Shown: one piece after another, positions 1-12,781 of the stretch
Position numbering within the stretch: position 1 is the first letter of the stretch
Layout of the letters: every line of letters starts with the position of its first letter
Assembly: GCA_030704615.1 (NCBI GenBank)
Contig: CM060731.1
Span: forward strand, 13,764,001 to 13,828,000
Reading direction: 5' to 3'
Source: Takakia lepidozioides
Taxonomy: Eukaryota > Plantae > Bryophyta
Length of the DNA: 64,000 nt
Position numbers and translations under genes: made by a program
Notes under the pieces: generated by a model
Told to the model about the DNA's origin: nothing
Databases searched by the model: none
The model's input: only the letters and a program-made list of their open reading frames with translations

Positions 1-766
1 GCATATGGTTATATGGTAACAGAGACTTCTAGTATAGCCAAGGGTGCTTTGAAGCTTGAAAGAAACCCAGGCATATACGAGAGATACTACAGAAGAGAGT
101 TTTGGTTATTGCCTCATTGAAGATATGAAAGACATGGGACATGAGTGATGAAAGAGAAGCTATACTTCACAGATATTCAGCAAAAAGAGAGAGTTATTTG
201 AAAGCTAATTATCCATATCTTTGGGAGAGAGGAATAGACGTAGGAGAATCATCTGGACCTCTCACACCATTAAGGTCGAAGAGTACATCACCCATACCGG
301 AGGAACTAGAGTTGGATGCCACTCCTTCTTATTCCTTACAAGAAATATTAAGGGATTTGGTACAGGAAGAGGATCAACCACGAGGAGAGAGATCTGAGGT
401 ACATCCCTGGATAAAAGATTTGACATAAATCTTTGATAAGAGTTGGCATGGAACACCAAAAGCAGGAACTCCAGTTTCTGAAGCAGAAGACAAAGAAGGA
501 GAGGAAGATGTGGCAGAGCCAACGGAGAGTTCGGACTCTCCAACACCATTGCAATTGAGTTACATGAGTGAAGAAGAGGAAAACCAAGAGAAGAACTTGG
601 AAGATGAAAACAGAGAGAAGAATTTGGAAGATGAAGAGTATGAAGAAGTAGACCCAACAGTTGAGGTTGAGACTACAACCAGGACATCCCAACTTGTTGG
701 ACCTGGATCAAGTGGAGCACTGGATCACAGGCCAACAAAGGTGTCGGCTCAGGGGGGACAGGGAGT

Positions 767-2295
767 GTGGGAAGTAGTGCAACTGGAGCTGGGGATACTG
801 AGAATACAGTGGGGCCGGTAGTAGGGAGTGCTCAGGGGCCAGCATCTGGTGGAAGATCCACCACTACAACAACAGGTCCTCAAGGACCAGCACAAACAGG
901 AGGACCAGCACATGTCAATGGGCAGGGTGTAGGGCCACAGATGGCGGTACCTCCAACACGGGCAAAACCACCTTTTCCAATATACGCAAGGAAAGGGGAT
1001 CATGATGTACACATTAGCCAATTTGAGCACATGTGTATTGTGAACAATGAGAATGGCGATGATGCCAAGATGAGACTGTTTCCTTGTTCACTTATCAAGA
1101 AAGCAAGTGAATGGTATGCAAGATTTCCAGATAATCATTTCTTAACCTGGAATGGCCTTAGTACGGCATTCCGGAACAGGTTCAGGACAAGCAAAACTGA
1201 AGATGAAGTGTATGGAAGTTTACAACGGTTAAGGCAAAAGAAGCATGAAATTGTTGAGGAATACATGGAAAAGATGGAGTTAATGATGAAAAGCTGGCTG
1301 CTGTACCAGCGCCAGGGTTACAGAAGACCTGGTTTGTGAGTGGACTAAGACCAGAGTTGCAAAAGAAAGTGGATATGTTACCCCATAATACAGTGGAGGA
1401 GACATTTGAAACAGCCAACATGATTGAGCAATTGGGAATGCTCAGAAGAGATAAAAGGGATGATGAGGACTCTGAGGATGAGTCAGATGTGGAAGAAGAG
1501 CAAGAGCTCAAAAGGAAGAGTAAGAAGAAGGAAAAGTTGAAGAGGGAAAATTATGAGAAAAGACTGGAGGAGATTTTGAAAAAGTATGTTACAGAAGCTG
1601 CAACACATTGGAGGAAGGGTGTTTGGTGTGCAAAATGCCAGAATGGAGGCCATACCACAGCTGAATGTCACATGAAGGAGAAACACTGTACTATCTGTAA
1701 AATGGATAACCATTCTACAAAGAATTGTTATTACAACAGAAGGACAGCTGCAAGAGAACCTAGGCAAGTAAGGGTGCATCAAGTGCAGCCCCAGCCAAGA
1801 AAAAACAATGATCAGGACCACTATGGAAGGCCTGGTGGTTATAACAATGATATGGCAGGGAGAGGTAATCCAAGAGGGAATTACCAAGGCAATTCCAGAG
1901 GCAACTATCAGGGTACTCCAAGGGGGAATTACCAGCCAGGGAATCAGGATTATAGAAACAATCCCAGAGCAGACCAAGGGCGAGGACCCAATGGTGAAGA
2001 ACTGTGTTACTATTGTAATCAGGCAGGACATCATAAAGCAGCCTGTCCATTCTGGATCAGACACCAAAATGAGATGAGAGATCCTGTGAATGAGGGCCCT
2101 GTGGTGGCAGCTCACATGGTTAGGCCATGTTTTGTACCAGAAGTAAGTACAATGATAGTAACAAGAAGCAAAGCCAAACTAATACCTCCAGTAGTTGAGG
2201 AAGATGATGATAATGAAGATGGCAGTGATATGCTTGAAGATGATGAGGCTTGGAGAGATGAGAAGGAACTGCACAATGAAGTGCAGATACCATAA
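767..2295 (+). pseudogene. gag: gag of element A (retrotransposon gag plus zinc knuckles), frameshifted
   Basis: KMRLFPCSL..ASEWY..TWNGLSTAFRNRF gag signature; CAKCQNGGHTTAEC, CTICKMDNHSTKNC and CYYCNQAGHHKAAC knuckles. Confidence 0.85.
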
Positions 2296-2300
2296 GGGAA

Positions 2301-5180
2301 ATGCAGAAGAATACTGATATCCCTATGACAGATACTACTGACTCTGATGGAGAAGATGGAGAGGGTGAAGATGAAGTGAAGAAAGAGGCTGCACAAGTGC
2401 GGGGTAATGAAGGGACTTTGGCTGAAGTAATATGCCAGACCAAAGCTGAAATTACCATTGGACAGCTATTAGCTATGGCACCTCATTGTAGGCATACGCT
2501 GTATCAAGCGATTAATCAGATTGCTCATGTGACAGAGAACACAGACTTGAACAGCAAGGTGACAAGCTATAATGTGAAGCCCGAAGGGCGAGAAACAGTA
2601 ATGGACTTTGATGATTCTAGGCCAGTAATCCAATTGAGAATTGGAAGCACAGACTTGACTGATGTACAGATAGATGGAGGCTCGGGGATGAATATCATGA
2701 CAGACCAATTAAGGCAGAAGCTTGGTCTGAGTAGTATGAAACCAGCCCCATTCACAGTAATAATGGCAGATCAAAGGAGTGTACAGCCTTTAGGCTTGAT
2801 AAGGGGAGTTAAGATACAGATTCAGAAGATGATCTTTAAGATCACAGTGACTGTGTTGAAAATGGATGATGTTATGGAAGCTTACTCCTTATTACTGGGT
2901 TGACCATGGCTGAAACAGGCCAGGGTATTCCATGACTGGAATTCCCAGTTACTGACTATACATGATGGGAAGCACAAGATACAGGTCACCACTAAGAAAT
3001 CTAGTAGGCTACCTGCTACCAGAAGACCTCGTGGAGTCAGAGAGTATGACTGGAGGGGAGGACTTGATGAGGAGCAGGAAGCTACCCTGTTTGCTGCACA
3101 CCCAGAGTGGGAACAGGCTTCAGAAATGCAACTGGGAGGTCTGAGTTGTTTTAAAGGTATCTGCTGTGGTGCAGTAACAGCCACACCAATTGAGGGTGAA
3201 ACAAGTAGTTACCCACCACATTTCTATGAGGAAAGAGAGGGAGAAATGGAAATCCTAGAAGAACCAGCCACTGTGAGTTTGCAGGATGAAGTAGTGGCTG
3301 GATGGACAATCACAGTGGAGGAGCAGGTGAGAGAAGTGAACGTGGGAACGGAGGAGGAACCAAGATTGGTGAAAGTGGGGGCTGATTTAGAGCCAGAATT
3401 CTTTGAGGAAGCCAAGAGTCTATTCATCAAATACAGAGATGTATTTGCGTGGAGCTATGAGGATCTGAAAAGAATATCACCTGAGATCTGTCAGCATAAG
3501 ATTGAACTGGAACCAGGGTCAGTGCCAATCAAACAGGCAAGGTACAGGATGAATCCCAACTATGCACAGAAGGTTGGGGAAGAGATCAAGAAGTTGGCTG
3601 AGGCTAAGTTCATATACCCGATAGAATATACAAATTGGTTGTCACCCATTGTGATAGTTCCCAAGAAGAATGGTAAACTGAGAGTTTGTGTGAACTATAA
3701 GAAACTGAATGCTTGTACAAAGAAAGATCCCTTTCCCTTGCCATTCACATAGGCTGTATTGGACACTGTGGCTGGCCATGAGATGTACTCATTCATGGAT
3801 GGCTTCAGTGGGTATAACCAAGTATAAGTGGCAGAAGAAGACTAGGGAAAGACAGCTTTCATCATAGACTGGGGTGCTTATGCATACAAAGTCATGCCTT
3901 TTGGACTTTGTAATGCACCAGCAACATTTCAGAGAGTGATAAGTGAATCCTTCCATGAGTATCTGGATGATTTCATGCAAGTGTTCTTAGATGATTTCAG
4001 TGTGTACAGCTCTAAGAATGAGCACTTGCATAAATTGGAGTTATGTTTGGCCAGATACAGGATGAGAGGTCTGGGTCTGAATCCAGAAAAATGTACTTTC
4101 TGTGTAAACTCAGGGGTACTACTGGGACACATTGTGTGTAAAAGAAGGGATTACTTGTGGACCCCAGAAAGACGGAGGCCATTAAAGCATCACCACCACC
4201 AGGAAATGTTAAAAGTCTAAGGAGATTCCTTGGACAAACCAGTTACTACAGAAGGTTTGTCAGACGGTATGCACAGATGGCAGCACCTTTGAGCAAGCTG
4301 CTGAAGAAGGATGCAGTGTTTACATGGACAGCTGAATGTAAACAGGCTTTTAAGGAACTTACATTGTCAGTAACAACTACACTTGTGCTGATTAACCCTC
4401 ACTGGCAAGTAGTATTTCATGTACACTGTGATGCCTTAGGAGAAGCGTTGGGAGCTGTGTTAGCCCAAAATATCACAGGGAACATAGATTCACATGTGCA
4501 CTATGCTAACAGGTTGTTGAACAGTGCTGAAAAGAACTATAGCACAACTGAAAGAGAGAGCATTGACAATGATTTATGCAGTCAAGAAATTCAGGCATTA
4601 CCTATTGGGAAGGAAATTCATGTTTTATGTGGATCATTAGGCTTTGATTTATCTGGTGAACAACCCTTTGATAAGTGGCAGGATAACAAGATGGTTAATA
4701 ATCCTGCATGAGTTTGAATTCGAAGTTGTTTACAAGCCTGGCCGTTTGCATCTTGTGGCAGATCACTTGTCACGCCTAACAACAGGAGAGCCCGCCACGG
4801 GAGTAGAAGACCAATTACCTGATGCGAGTCTATTTGCAGTGGAGGTGCAAGGAAGTGCAGATGATTGGTTAGATTGGCAGTGGCCAATCAGATACTACCT
4901 TACTCATGGTCAGTGCCCACCTAGTTATGGGAAGGAACAGAGGAAGAGAATAGCTATCAAGGCTTTACCTTACACTATGATAGGTAGCAGAATGTATAAG
5001 CTAGGACCTGATGGAGTTCTGAAACGATGCTTGTACCACCATGAAGTAAATAAAGTTTTGGAGGAAGTTCATAAAGGAGTGGTTGGAGGTCATTTTGGAG
5101 AATAGACTACCAGTAGGAAGATACTACTTGTAGGTTACTGGTGGCCTACTTTGTTCAAGGATGTGCCAATAAGTTGAGGG
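2301..5180 (+). pseudogene. pol: pol of element A (PR-RT-RH-INT), fragmented
   Basis: ORF pieces 2301-2903, 3126-3752, 3894-4220, 4157-4711 and 4644-5105 carry consecutive pol motifs separated by stops and frameshifts. Confidence 0.88.
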
Positions 5181-5229
5181 ATACAGTGGTATCCATGACA
5201 AACCCTTGCAGCATGATTTGCATATTGAA

Positions 5230-5515
5230 ACACAGAAACGGTCACGGGCTGCACCGTGATACCAACGGAGCATGACGTACACAACCTATCATAGTCTATC
5301 ACGGCCATACATAGCCTTACACAGCTCGACACAATCTTATACAGTCTGTCCCAGTCAATCACAGCCTATCACAATTAGTCACAGTCTATCACACCTTGAC
5401 ACAGCTTCGCACAGCCAGTCACAGCACGACACAACCCGACACAGCTTTACACAGCCAGTCACAGCTTGGCACAGTCACAGCCCGACACAGCTTGGCACAG
5501 GCCGTCACAGCGTAC
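5230..5515. repeat. Low-complexity ~10-bp periodic repeat (ACAG/ACAC-initiated units)
   Basis: e.g. acagcttcgc acagccagtc acagcacgac acaacccgac acagctttac acagccagtc acagcttggc at 5401-5470. Confidence 0.8.
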
Positions 5516-6140
5516 ATAGGGAACGGTTATCATTGGAAGGGAACGACTGTGTGGGAACGACATCTGTAGAGGGAACGTGTTACTTCTTGGGGGTGACAGT
5601 TAGTTAGTTAGGCGGTGAGAACAGCTTGCATGTAGATGAGGCAGAGCAGCATTGGGGAGAGTTCTTGGTCAGGAGTGGAGGAGATGAAGTGGAGAGCAGG
5701 AACAGAACCAAAGATGGAGAACACGGTGAAGATGGGAAGATGATTGGATCGATGCTTGATTCATGCAAGCTGTAGAGTCGTACTGTAGAACAGATTAGAG
5801 ACACTATGGCTACGGCCTGATACTGAATAGAGATTAATATGATACACATTCCTTACCCACACCGTGTAGAGAGAACTGAGTGAAGTTGTGGAATGAATGG
5901 TTGAGCAATCAGAACCTGGTAGATTGCTGAAGCAAACTGTTTCTCAAATATAAACAGTAAGGTAATATGCTGATATGAAGGCAAGAAGGAATACAAACAA
6001 GTACCACTACCATGATACACCAGATGTAGGTCATGACTGGTTGTTCTGAGCAGGCTGAGTGCTTAGAGATATCCAACTCTTCTATTTTGGAGTTCCCTCC
6101 TCGGATAGCGAAGGGATGGGTGAGTAAAAGCCGCTCGATA

Positions 6141-7143
6141 GCGATCGCGCGTGCTTCATTTGGTTGGTACTTGTATTCTAGCGACCAACAACAGCACCAT
6201 TGATACCCAGATGATTAGATGACACATATGAAGATATGTCTGAAAGCATACTCAAAACTATAAAGTGTTTCGGAAGACATTAGTTCACAATATACAATGT
6301 CAACTAAAATCTTCCGTCGCACTTTATCTGTCTTGCCATGCACAAAGAATATGATAATTCCTGTATGTGGTGACATGGTCACTCTTATGTATGATGGGTG
6401 GAGGTGTTTAGTGTGGACACAATAGTATACAATAGTATCCAAATATCAATCCAAAAGTCCAGGGCAGTTTGAAATATTACTTGTCGTCAATATCGCTTAG
6501 GTTGTTTATCGATTATGTCGACCAATGTTTCTGATAGACAGTGAAGATGTGATGTCCATGGATGGTTAAAAGAAGCGCGTGTGACCGTGAGTGTTTCATT
6601 CAGAGCAAGTCGTCACCTACAGAAGCCCTATCGAACAGTGGCTAATACCTAACTGTACGTGGTCGAAGAAATCATTCATTAGTAGGACAATAAACTCAGT
6701 GTTTTCAATTAAAAGGATTATGCAATGATTGATCCTTACGCAATCGCGCGAATTTGACTCCGTAGTTAACTGCATTCGATGAGAAATTGAAGATGTGATG
6801 CGAAAGAATGCCCTGAAGAAGCACGCGCGATCGTGCGTGCTTCATTTGGTTGGTACTTGTCTATCGACCACAACAACACCATTGATACCCAGATGATTAG
6901 ATGACACATATGAGGATATGTCTGAGTGCATACTCAAGACTGTAAAGTGTTCGGAAGACATTAGTTCACATTATACAATGTCAACTAAAATCTTCCGTCG
7001 CACTTTATCTGTCTTGTCATGCACACAGAGTATGATAATTCCTACATGTGGTGGCTTTGTCACTCTTATTTATGGTGGGCGGAGGTGTTTAGTGTGGAGA
7101 CAATAGTATACTATAGTATCCAAATATCAATCCAAAAGTCCAG
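6141..7143. repeat. ~320-bp diverged direct repeat pair (6141-6462 and 6827-7143)
   Basis: Both copies begin gcgatcg(c/t)gcgtgcttcatttggttggtacttgt and end tatccaaatatcaatccaaaagtccag. Confidence 0.88.
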
Positions 7144-8121
7144 ATAACCTGGAACCAATGTAGATCTGGCTTGTTTGTTTGGAGAGATCAATGATAGTTA
7201 GCTGGAGTTGCAAAAAAACATGGAAAGGATAAGGTGATTTCACTATGGGATCAGGATCTGAACAACTGCGTTCCACAGTTGAAGGGAAAAGAGGGATGTT
7301 GGGGTATTTGGGTTGAAGTCTGACAAAAGAGATGAGAGCTGTTTGAGCGATGGGTCATTGAAAAAGGGACAAGAGAGAGAGAAAGAGAGAGAGACTGATG
7401 GATGGGATGGTTGTGTCTTGAGAGACCGAGGATGACTTCAAGGCTGGCCGCACTGGATGCCTAGCAGCGTGTGCATTCACATTACATGACAGATCTGCTG
7501 CTGTGAAATAGTGGGGAACCTGGGGACATAAACCAGATAGTGAAACAGACAAAAAGGGAAAAGAGAGAGAGAGAGAGAGTGAAAAATGGGATCTGGGCAA
7601 GGAGAGAGCTGCAAATTCTAAGGGGCTGTTGGGGGGGGGTTTGGCCAATTTGGGGAGATGAGATGAAGAAAACCTGAAAGAAACCAGTGCCCCTGCAGAC
7701 CATGAAGATCTGAGCTGCCTCCTCCTAAATCTGTGTCACCACTACAAAAAGGGGATTTCCGACCTGTCACTGCTCAAGTGGGCTTCACATAAAGGATCGT
7801 GTTTACCGCTGCCATTGGGCTGATTTGCATCACTGAATACATCGCACCAGCATAGCTGGTGCTGTACCTGCTGATAGGGGATGTTGTGTGAAAGGTAGAA
7901 CCAACAGTGAACAACAAATTGACTCCCCATCCATGTCTTCCCTTCCGCTGCGGCGTGGATGAGGATTGCTTGAACTCTGATCACGGAGGAGCTGAGGGAA
8001 ACCCACAGCCAAGTGACGACAGTTGGACAGATTAGAAAGAACGCTTCTTTCCTCTTGCTCCGCAACCAATGGAGGGGAGCACAATTAGAATTATACAGAA
8101 GGGGATTCACGCCCCTTCTTT

Positions 8122-8133
8122 TGGTATCAGAGC
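8122..8133 (+). promoter_or_regulatory. Primer-binding site (tRNA-iMet) of gypsy element B
   Basis: TGGTATCAGAGC about 440 bp upstream of the gag-pol start. Confidence 0.85.
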
Positions 8134-8575
8134 TACGTTGTTAAATCTTGATTTCTACTAGCTAGGGATCTTGACTGGTATTGGATGGTTTGATGGCAGG
8201 AAGAGACCACACACTGATTCCTGATGAACCAAGCATTGGAGATGTGCTGATTTGCTTCAGCAGACGCACACCAAATGCACACGCAGACCCTTGTTTGTAC
8301 TTCTTCAACCCTGCTTGGAGAATAGCGAATGGTGATTTATGTCTTAGAGTAATACATACTGGTGGAAGAACAACCATAGCACTTTGGATAAGAGAGTTAG
8401 GAAGGTAGGTGAAGATAAATACCATGGCACGAGAGGTGACATGGGGAGGTAGAGTAGAGATGTTGCGAAATGGACAGTGGGAGTGGTATAGAGGTCAACA
8501 TTAAGGGAGTTGCGGGAAAATTAGAGTCAGAATTAGGTGTTGAAACAGTTTGAACTTTGACTAGAGAATAGAAGG

Positions 8576-11500
8576 ATGACCAGTCCAACCAGCATAGATG
8601 CGCCTTATCATGGTAGGAATAGTGAGGATGTAAATGACTGGCTGGAGAGGATTCAGATGGAGGCAGATGTCAGGGATTTGAATGAGGACAAAACTTTCAA
8701 GGTAGCAAGGCTCAACCTGAGAGCCAAGGCTGATGAATGGTACCGTAAACAAAACCCTAGACCAAACAACTGGGTGGACTTTAGGGCAGCAATTTCAGCC
8801 AAGTTTGGTATCGTTGACTTGGCAGAAATTAGGCTAAGAATGGATACCATTAAACAGGAGAGTAGACAAAGGGTTCAAACATACTTCGATAGGTTGAACC
8901 GGTTATTTATAAGAAGTGGGGCGTCTGATTTGGAACAGAGGCGTAGATTTGCAGCAGGTTTGAGACCAGAAATAGCAAGAGTAATGCTGGGCAGGCGCTT
9001 CCTTGATGTAGAGGAAGCACTTGACACAGCCATTGAGATTGAAAGGGGCCTGGGAAAGTTAGGGGAAATACCTCTAGAGCCATTGGAAGGAGATGATACA
9101 GATGAGTCAGTTGTGTTTGTTAACCCTGTGGACAGAAGACTTGATCAGCTGAACACTACCCTACAGAAGTACTTTGATAGGGGACCAGTCATAGGAGAAA
9201 GCTCGGGATCTAGAACACCACCTCGTGTTCGCCTTTGTAATGTTTGTCACAAAGAAGGTCACATAGCTGCATATTGTCCTGAAGGAAGAACCCCAGCTAA
9301 GTGTGACAAATGTCACCGGTTCGGGCATTCCACGGAAATGTGTGGTGTGAGATGCAACTTTTGCAAGCTACTCGGGCATACGGAGAGTGAGTGCGGTAGA
9401 AAACTCGACCAAACCATGATGGGAACTCCGGGAACTAACTTTGTAGATGTGTTCTATGATGATGAGGATGATGTACTCGCAGAGATGACAGATCTGATGT
9501 CACGAAATAGTATCAATGAAGTCAGACTTCCAAGGACACGCATACCTGTCCAGAGTCCGATTGTTGAACCTACAGGGTCACCAGAAAGGAATAGTGAGAG
9601 CAGTGAACAGCCAAGCAAGACCAAGAGTGAAATCTACCCAAAGAACAATTTCAAGAATGCTATAGAAGGAGGTACGAAATCCAGAATCTTGAACCACTTC
9701 TACAAAGGGAGAATATCGTTGTCACCCATGGACCTGATCATGACTGTGCCCGGAGAGTTAGACAAATTAAAAGGGCTGGTCAAAGTGGTGGAAAGAGCAA
9801 TGGTCCAACAAAGGGAGACAACTCACAGTGTAGAAGTTGTTAAGGATGTACCAAGGCCTTTGTACTCAGCACACGCTGAGCCCACGATCTCGTATGCTTA
9901 TACAGGTAAGGTTAAAGCGCTTCATGTAATGATTACAATGGGAGATTACCAAGTATTAGGCCAGATTGACACTGGTGCCATGCTTTCTGTAATATCAGCT
10001 AGTACAGTCAGGGATCTTGGTTTGATGGGATCTGTCATTACTAGTAAGGATGTAAATTACAGAGTAGCCTCAGGTGCTCTTGAGACTGCAATGGGCAGAC
10101 TTGAGGACATCAAGGTCAAAGTAGGAGAACTGACCAATCGTTTGTCCTTTATGGTGGTGAACACGGATACATATCACATGCTGCTGGGATTAGACTTTCT
10201 CAAAAAGTTTGGCGCTGTAGTGGACACCGAAGCTGAAACAATTCGCGTACGCTATGGGCCAGGAAAGGATTTTGCTCACTTCCCTTTGCACACCATCAAT
10301 TATAATGAGCCTGCAGTTACCAAAACAGCCTACCATAGAGGGGTCGAGAGTAGAATGAGATATGCAAGCAGTACGTCAGCAGGTAATGTCTTAACCCTGA
10401 CGTCAGATGAACAGTACCTAGGCTTGTGGGAGAAGAAAAGAAAACCAGAGGAAGAATATGAGGACACGGAGGAAGCATCCTCAGGTTCTGACACCTCTAA
10501 ATCTGATAAAGATGAGGAGATGGGAGGCTCTGAGGAGAGTAAGGAGGTAGAAACAGCACTGAGGGATGTTGAGGAAATAATAGACGAGGTCAACCTAGGG
10601 GAGGACTTGTTCGAGGACCAAGGGATGTCTGAACTCCTTCAGGAAGAGACCCATAAGAGCATGGCTGCTGCCATAATACAGGAAGCTTACCAGAAAGCTT
10701 GGAATGGTGAACTAGGGAACAACAACCTAGAAATAGAGGATGACTTCCATGATTGGAATCAGGTTGTCACACAAGAGGAAGGACAGAGAATGGCTAACTC
10801 TGTAAGCCAGGTGGAGAAAAAAAATTGGGAACCCAGTCAAGAGGAAGAAATGGAGAGTCGTTGGAGAAGTCTGAAATCCAGACTGCACATCAACCCAGAA
10901 CTGGCCCCAGAACATAGGATAGAGCTGAAAGCAAACCAGGAATGCTTTGCGCTTAGCAAGGCTGACTTGGGATACTGCAGTGAGGTGGAACACACAATTG
11001 ACCCACAAGGTTTTCCCCCTTGCAGAAGTCGTCCCAGCCGCCTATCAGAATGGGAGGAAGACGAGGTCCAAGGACAAATTGAGACTTTGATCTCACAAGG
11101 CAAGATGAGAGAGAGTAGCTCAGAATGGTCGTGTCCAGTTACCCTTCCACCAAAAAAGGATGGATCCAAGCGGTTTTGTGGTGATTTTAGGCTAGTAAAC
11201 CATTTAACCAGAAGGGACTCTTACCCTATGCCATTGATTCATGATGTTTTAAACCAGTTGGGGAAAGCCAAGTGGTTTTCTGCGCTGGATTTACAATCTG
11301 GTTTTTGGCAGATCAAAATGGACGACCGAGACATAGGCAAAACAGCAGTGATCACAAAGAAGGGATTGTATGAATGGCTAGTCATGCCATTCGGGCTAAA
11401 AAATGCCACTGCTACCTTTCAGAGAACGATGAATAGGGTTCTCAAGGAAGAAATCAAAGATTGCGCTAAAGTTTTTGTAGATGACGTCAATATCCATAGC

Positions 11501-12781
11501 AAGGACTGGGGAGATCACGTGGGACATATAAAGAGAGTATTGAGCAAGGTTAGAAAGGCCAATCTTAGGCTCAATCCGGACAAGTGTTACTTTGCCAACT
11601 TACAGTTGGTATTCCTTGGACATGTGATCTCTGAAGAGGGAACGTGGCCTGATCCAGATAAGATAGCTGCTATTGAAAGGTTTCCCTTGCCAAAAAACCA
11701 CACTGCTCTCAAAAGCTACTTAGGCATGACAGGGTACTATAGGCCCTATGTCAAAGGATATGCTGGAGTGGCAGTACCGTTGTTCACTCTAACCAAAATG
11801 GATGTGAAGTTTATCTGGAGTGCAGAGGCACAAAACGCCTTTTCTGCCTTACAGGTGAAGTTGGTAACTGCTCCCATCCTGGCAAGACCAGATTTCTCAA
11901 GACCGTTCGTCTTGGATGTTGATTGGTCCATCAAAGGAGTAGGGGCAGTCTTGTCACAAAAGGAGTATAAAAAGGAGAGGGTCATTGCATACGCCAGTAA
12001 GGTACTATCTGATGCTCAGCGCAAATATCACCCTATGGAAGGTGAATGCTATGCCCTGGTGTGGGGAGTATTACACTTTCGGCAGTACCTGTATGGAACC
12101 CCTTTTGTAATCAGGACTGATCACAAACCACTGGAGTGGTTGGCAACGGTAAGTGACGCATATGGACGCAGGGGTAGATGGATCATGATGTTACAAGATT
12201 TTGAGTTTAAAATTGTTCACAAAGCAGGTGCTAGGCATGCTAACGTAGATGCACTAAGCAGGTATCCAGTGGGACCAGCTGAGGAAACCGAGGAAATCAA
12301 GGTATACTCTACTTCTCTATACAGTCAGAAAAGAGAAAAGAGAAAGAGGGATGGAGCCTATCTTCTTAAGCTAGTTTGGGATAGGGGTGCCATCAATGCT
12401 TCGTTATTTCAATTTAAGGAGGGTAAGGAGGAGTTGAGAGAAGAAGCTCATAGGCAAGTAGGGTATGGCAGTGAAAAAGGGGAGATGATTTGCAAAAGAG
12501 AAGAGTACTATGCATGTGTATGGGGCCTTTGGCACTTCAAGAAAATACTGTTGGGAAGTCATTTTTCTTTGGAAACAGATCTAGATCCATATTGGTGGCT
12601 GTACTCAGAGCACCACATAGGCATAGACTTACTTGGTGACTTTTCATTTGAGTTCGTTCCGGGCATAGTAAGACCTTCCACAGGTAGAATGTTGACCAAG
12701 GATCATGGCATATTGAAGGGAGAACTGAAACCAGGCATAATGCCAGATGGAGAAGGAAAGAGGGTGACTTTTGCTGCATAG
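8576..12781 (+). CDS. Gag-Pol polyprotein (gag, 3 zinc knuckles, aspartic protease, RT, RNase H)
   Basis: 1401-aa ORF: CNVCHKEGHIAAYC, IDTGA, FSALDLQSGFWQI, MPFGLKNA, FVDDV, FVLDVDWS, RTDHKPL. Confidence 0.93.
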   Translation: MTSPTSIDAPYHGRNSEDVNDWLERIQMEADVRDLNEDKTFKVARLNLRAKADEWYRKQNPRPNNWVDFRAAISAKFGIVDLAEIRLRMDTIKQESRQRVQTYFDRLNRLFIRSGASDLEQRRRFAAGLRPEIARVMLGRRFLDVEEALDTAIEIERGLGKLGEIPLEPLEGDDTDESVVFVNPVDRRLDQLNTTLQKYFDRGPVIGESSGSRTPPRVRLCNVCHKEGHIAAYCPEGRTPAKCDKCHRFGHSTEMCGVRCNFCKLLGHTESECGRKLDQTMMGTPGTNFVDVFYDDEDDVLAEMTDLMSRNSINEVRLPRTRIPVQSPIVEPTGSPERNSESSEQPSKTKSEIYPKNNFKNAIEGGTKSRILNHFYKGRISLSPMDLIMTVPGELDKLKGLVKVVERAMVQQRETTHSVEVVKDVPRPLYSAHAEPTISYAYTGKVKALHVMITMGDYQVLGQIDTGAMLSVISASTVRDLGLMGSVITSKDVNYRVASGALETAMGRLEDIKVKVGELTNRLSFMVVNTDTYHMLLGLDFLKKFGAVVDTEAETIRVRYGPGKDFAHFPLHTINYNEPAVTKTAYHRGVESRMRYASSTSAGNVLTLTSDEQYLGLWEKKRKPEEEYEDTEEASSGSDTSKSDKDEEMGGSEESKEVETALRDVEEIIDEVNLGEDLFEDQGMSELLQEETHKSMAAAIIQEAYQKAWNGELGNNNLEIEDDFHDWNQVVTQEEGQRMANSVSQVEKKNWEPSQEEEMESRWRSLKSRLHINPELAPEHRIELKANQECFALSKADLGYCSEVEHTIDPQGFPPCRSRPSRLSEWEEDEVQGQIETLISQGKMRESSSEWSCPVTLPPKKDGSKRFCGDFRLVNHLTRRDSYPMPLIHDVLNQLGKAKWFSALDLQSGFWQIKMDDRDIGKTAVITKKGLYEWLVMPFGLKNATATFQRTMNRVLKEEIKDCAKVFVDDVNIHSKDWGDHVGHIKRVLSKVRKANLRLNPDKCYFANLQLVFLGHVISEEGTWPDPDKIAAIERFPLPKNHTALKSYLGMTGYYRPYVKGYAGVAVPLFTLTKMDVKFIWSAEAQNAFSALQVKLVTAPILARPDFSRPFVLDVDWSIKGVGAVLSQKEYKKERVIAYASKVLSDAQRKYHPMEGECYALVWGVLHFRQYLYGTPFVIRTDHKPLEWLATVSDAYGRRGRWIMMLQDFEFKIVHKAGARHANVDALSRYPVGPAEETEEIKVYSTSLYSQKREKRKRDGAYLLKLVWDRGAINASLFQFKEGKEELREEAHRQVGYGSEKGEMICKREEYYACVWGLWHFKKILLGSHFSLETDLDPYWWLYSEHHIGIDLLGDFSFEFVPGIVRPSTGRMLTKDHGILKGELKPGIMPDGEGKRVTFAA

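Larger units (their letters stand above)
1..5180 (+). mobile_element. Degenerate Ty3/gypsy LTR retrotransposon internal region (element A), truncated in integrase
   Basis: Ordered gag (767-1339; 1336-2295 with CCHC knuckles), protease (IDGGS, 2301-2903), RT (WLSPIVIVPKKNGKLRVC, MPFGLCNAPATFQ, FLDD), RNase H (4157-4760) and integrase His-His start (4644-5105). Many stops and frameshifts. Confidence 0.92.

Noticed and set aside
5272-5607. His/Ser/Thr-rich 111-aa ORF
   Set aside because: It is a translation of the 10-bp periodic repeat.
7740-7765. CACTA terminal repeat (CACTACAAAAA...), also CACTACAAA at ~28125
   Set aside because: No matching inverted end, 3-bp TSD or CACTA transposase was found.
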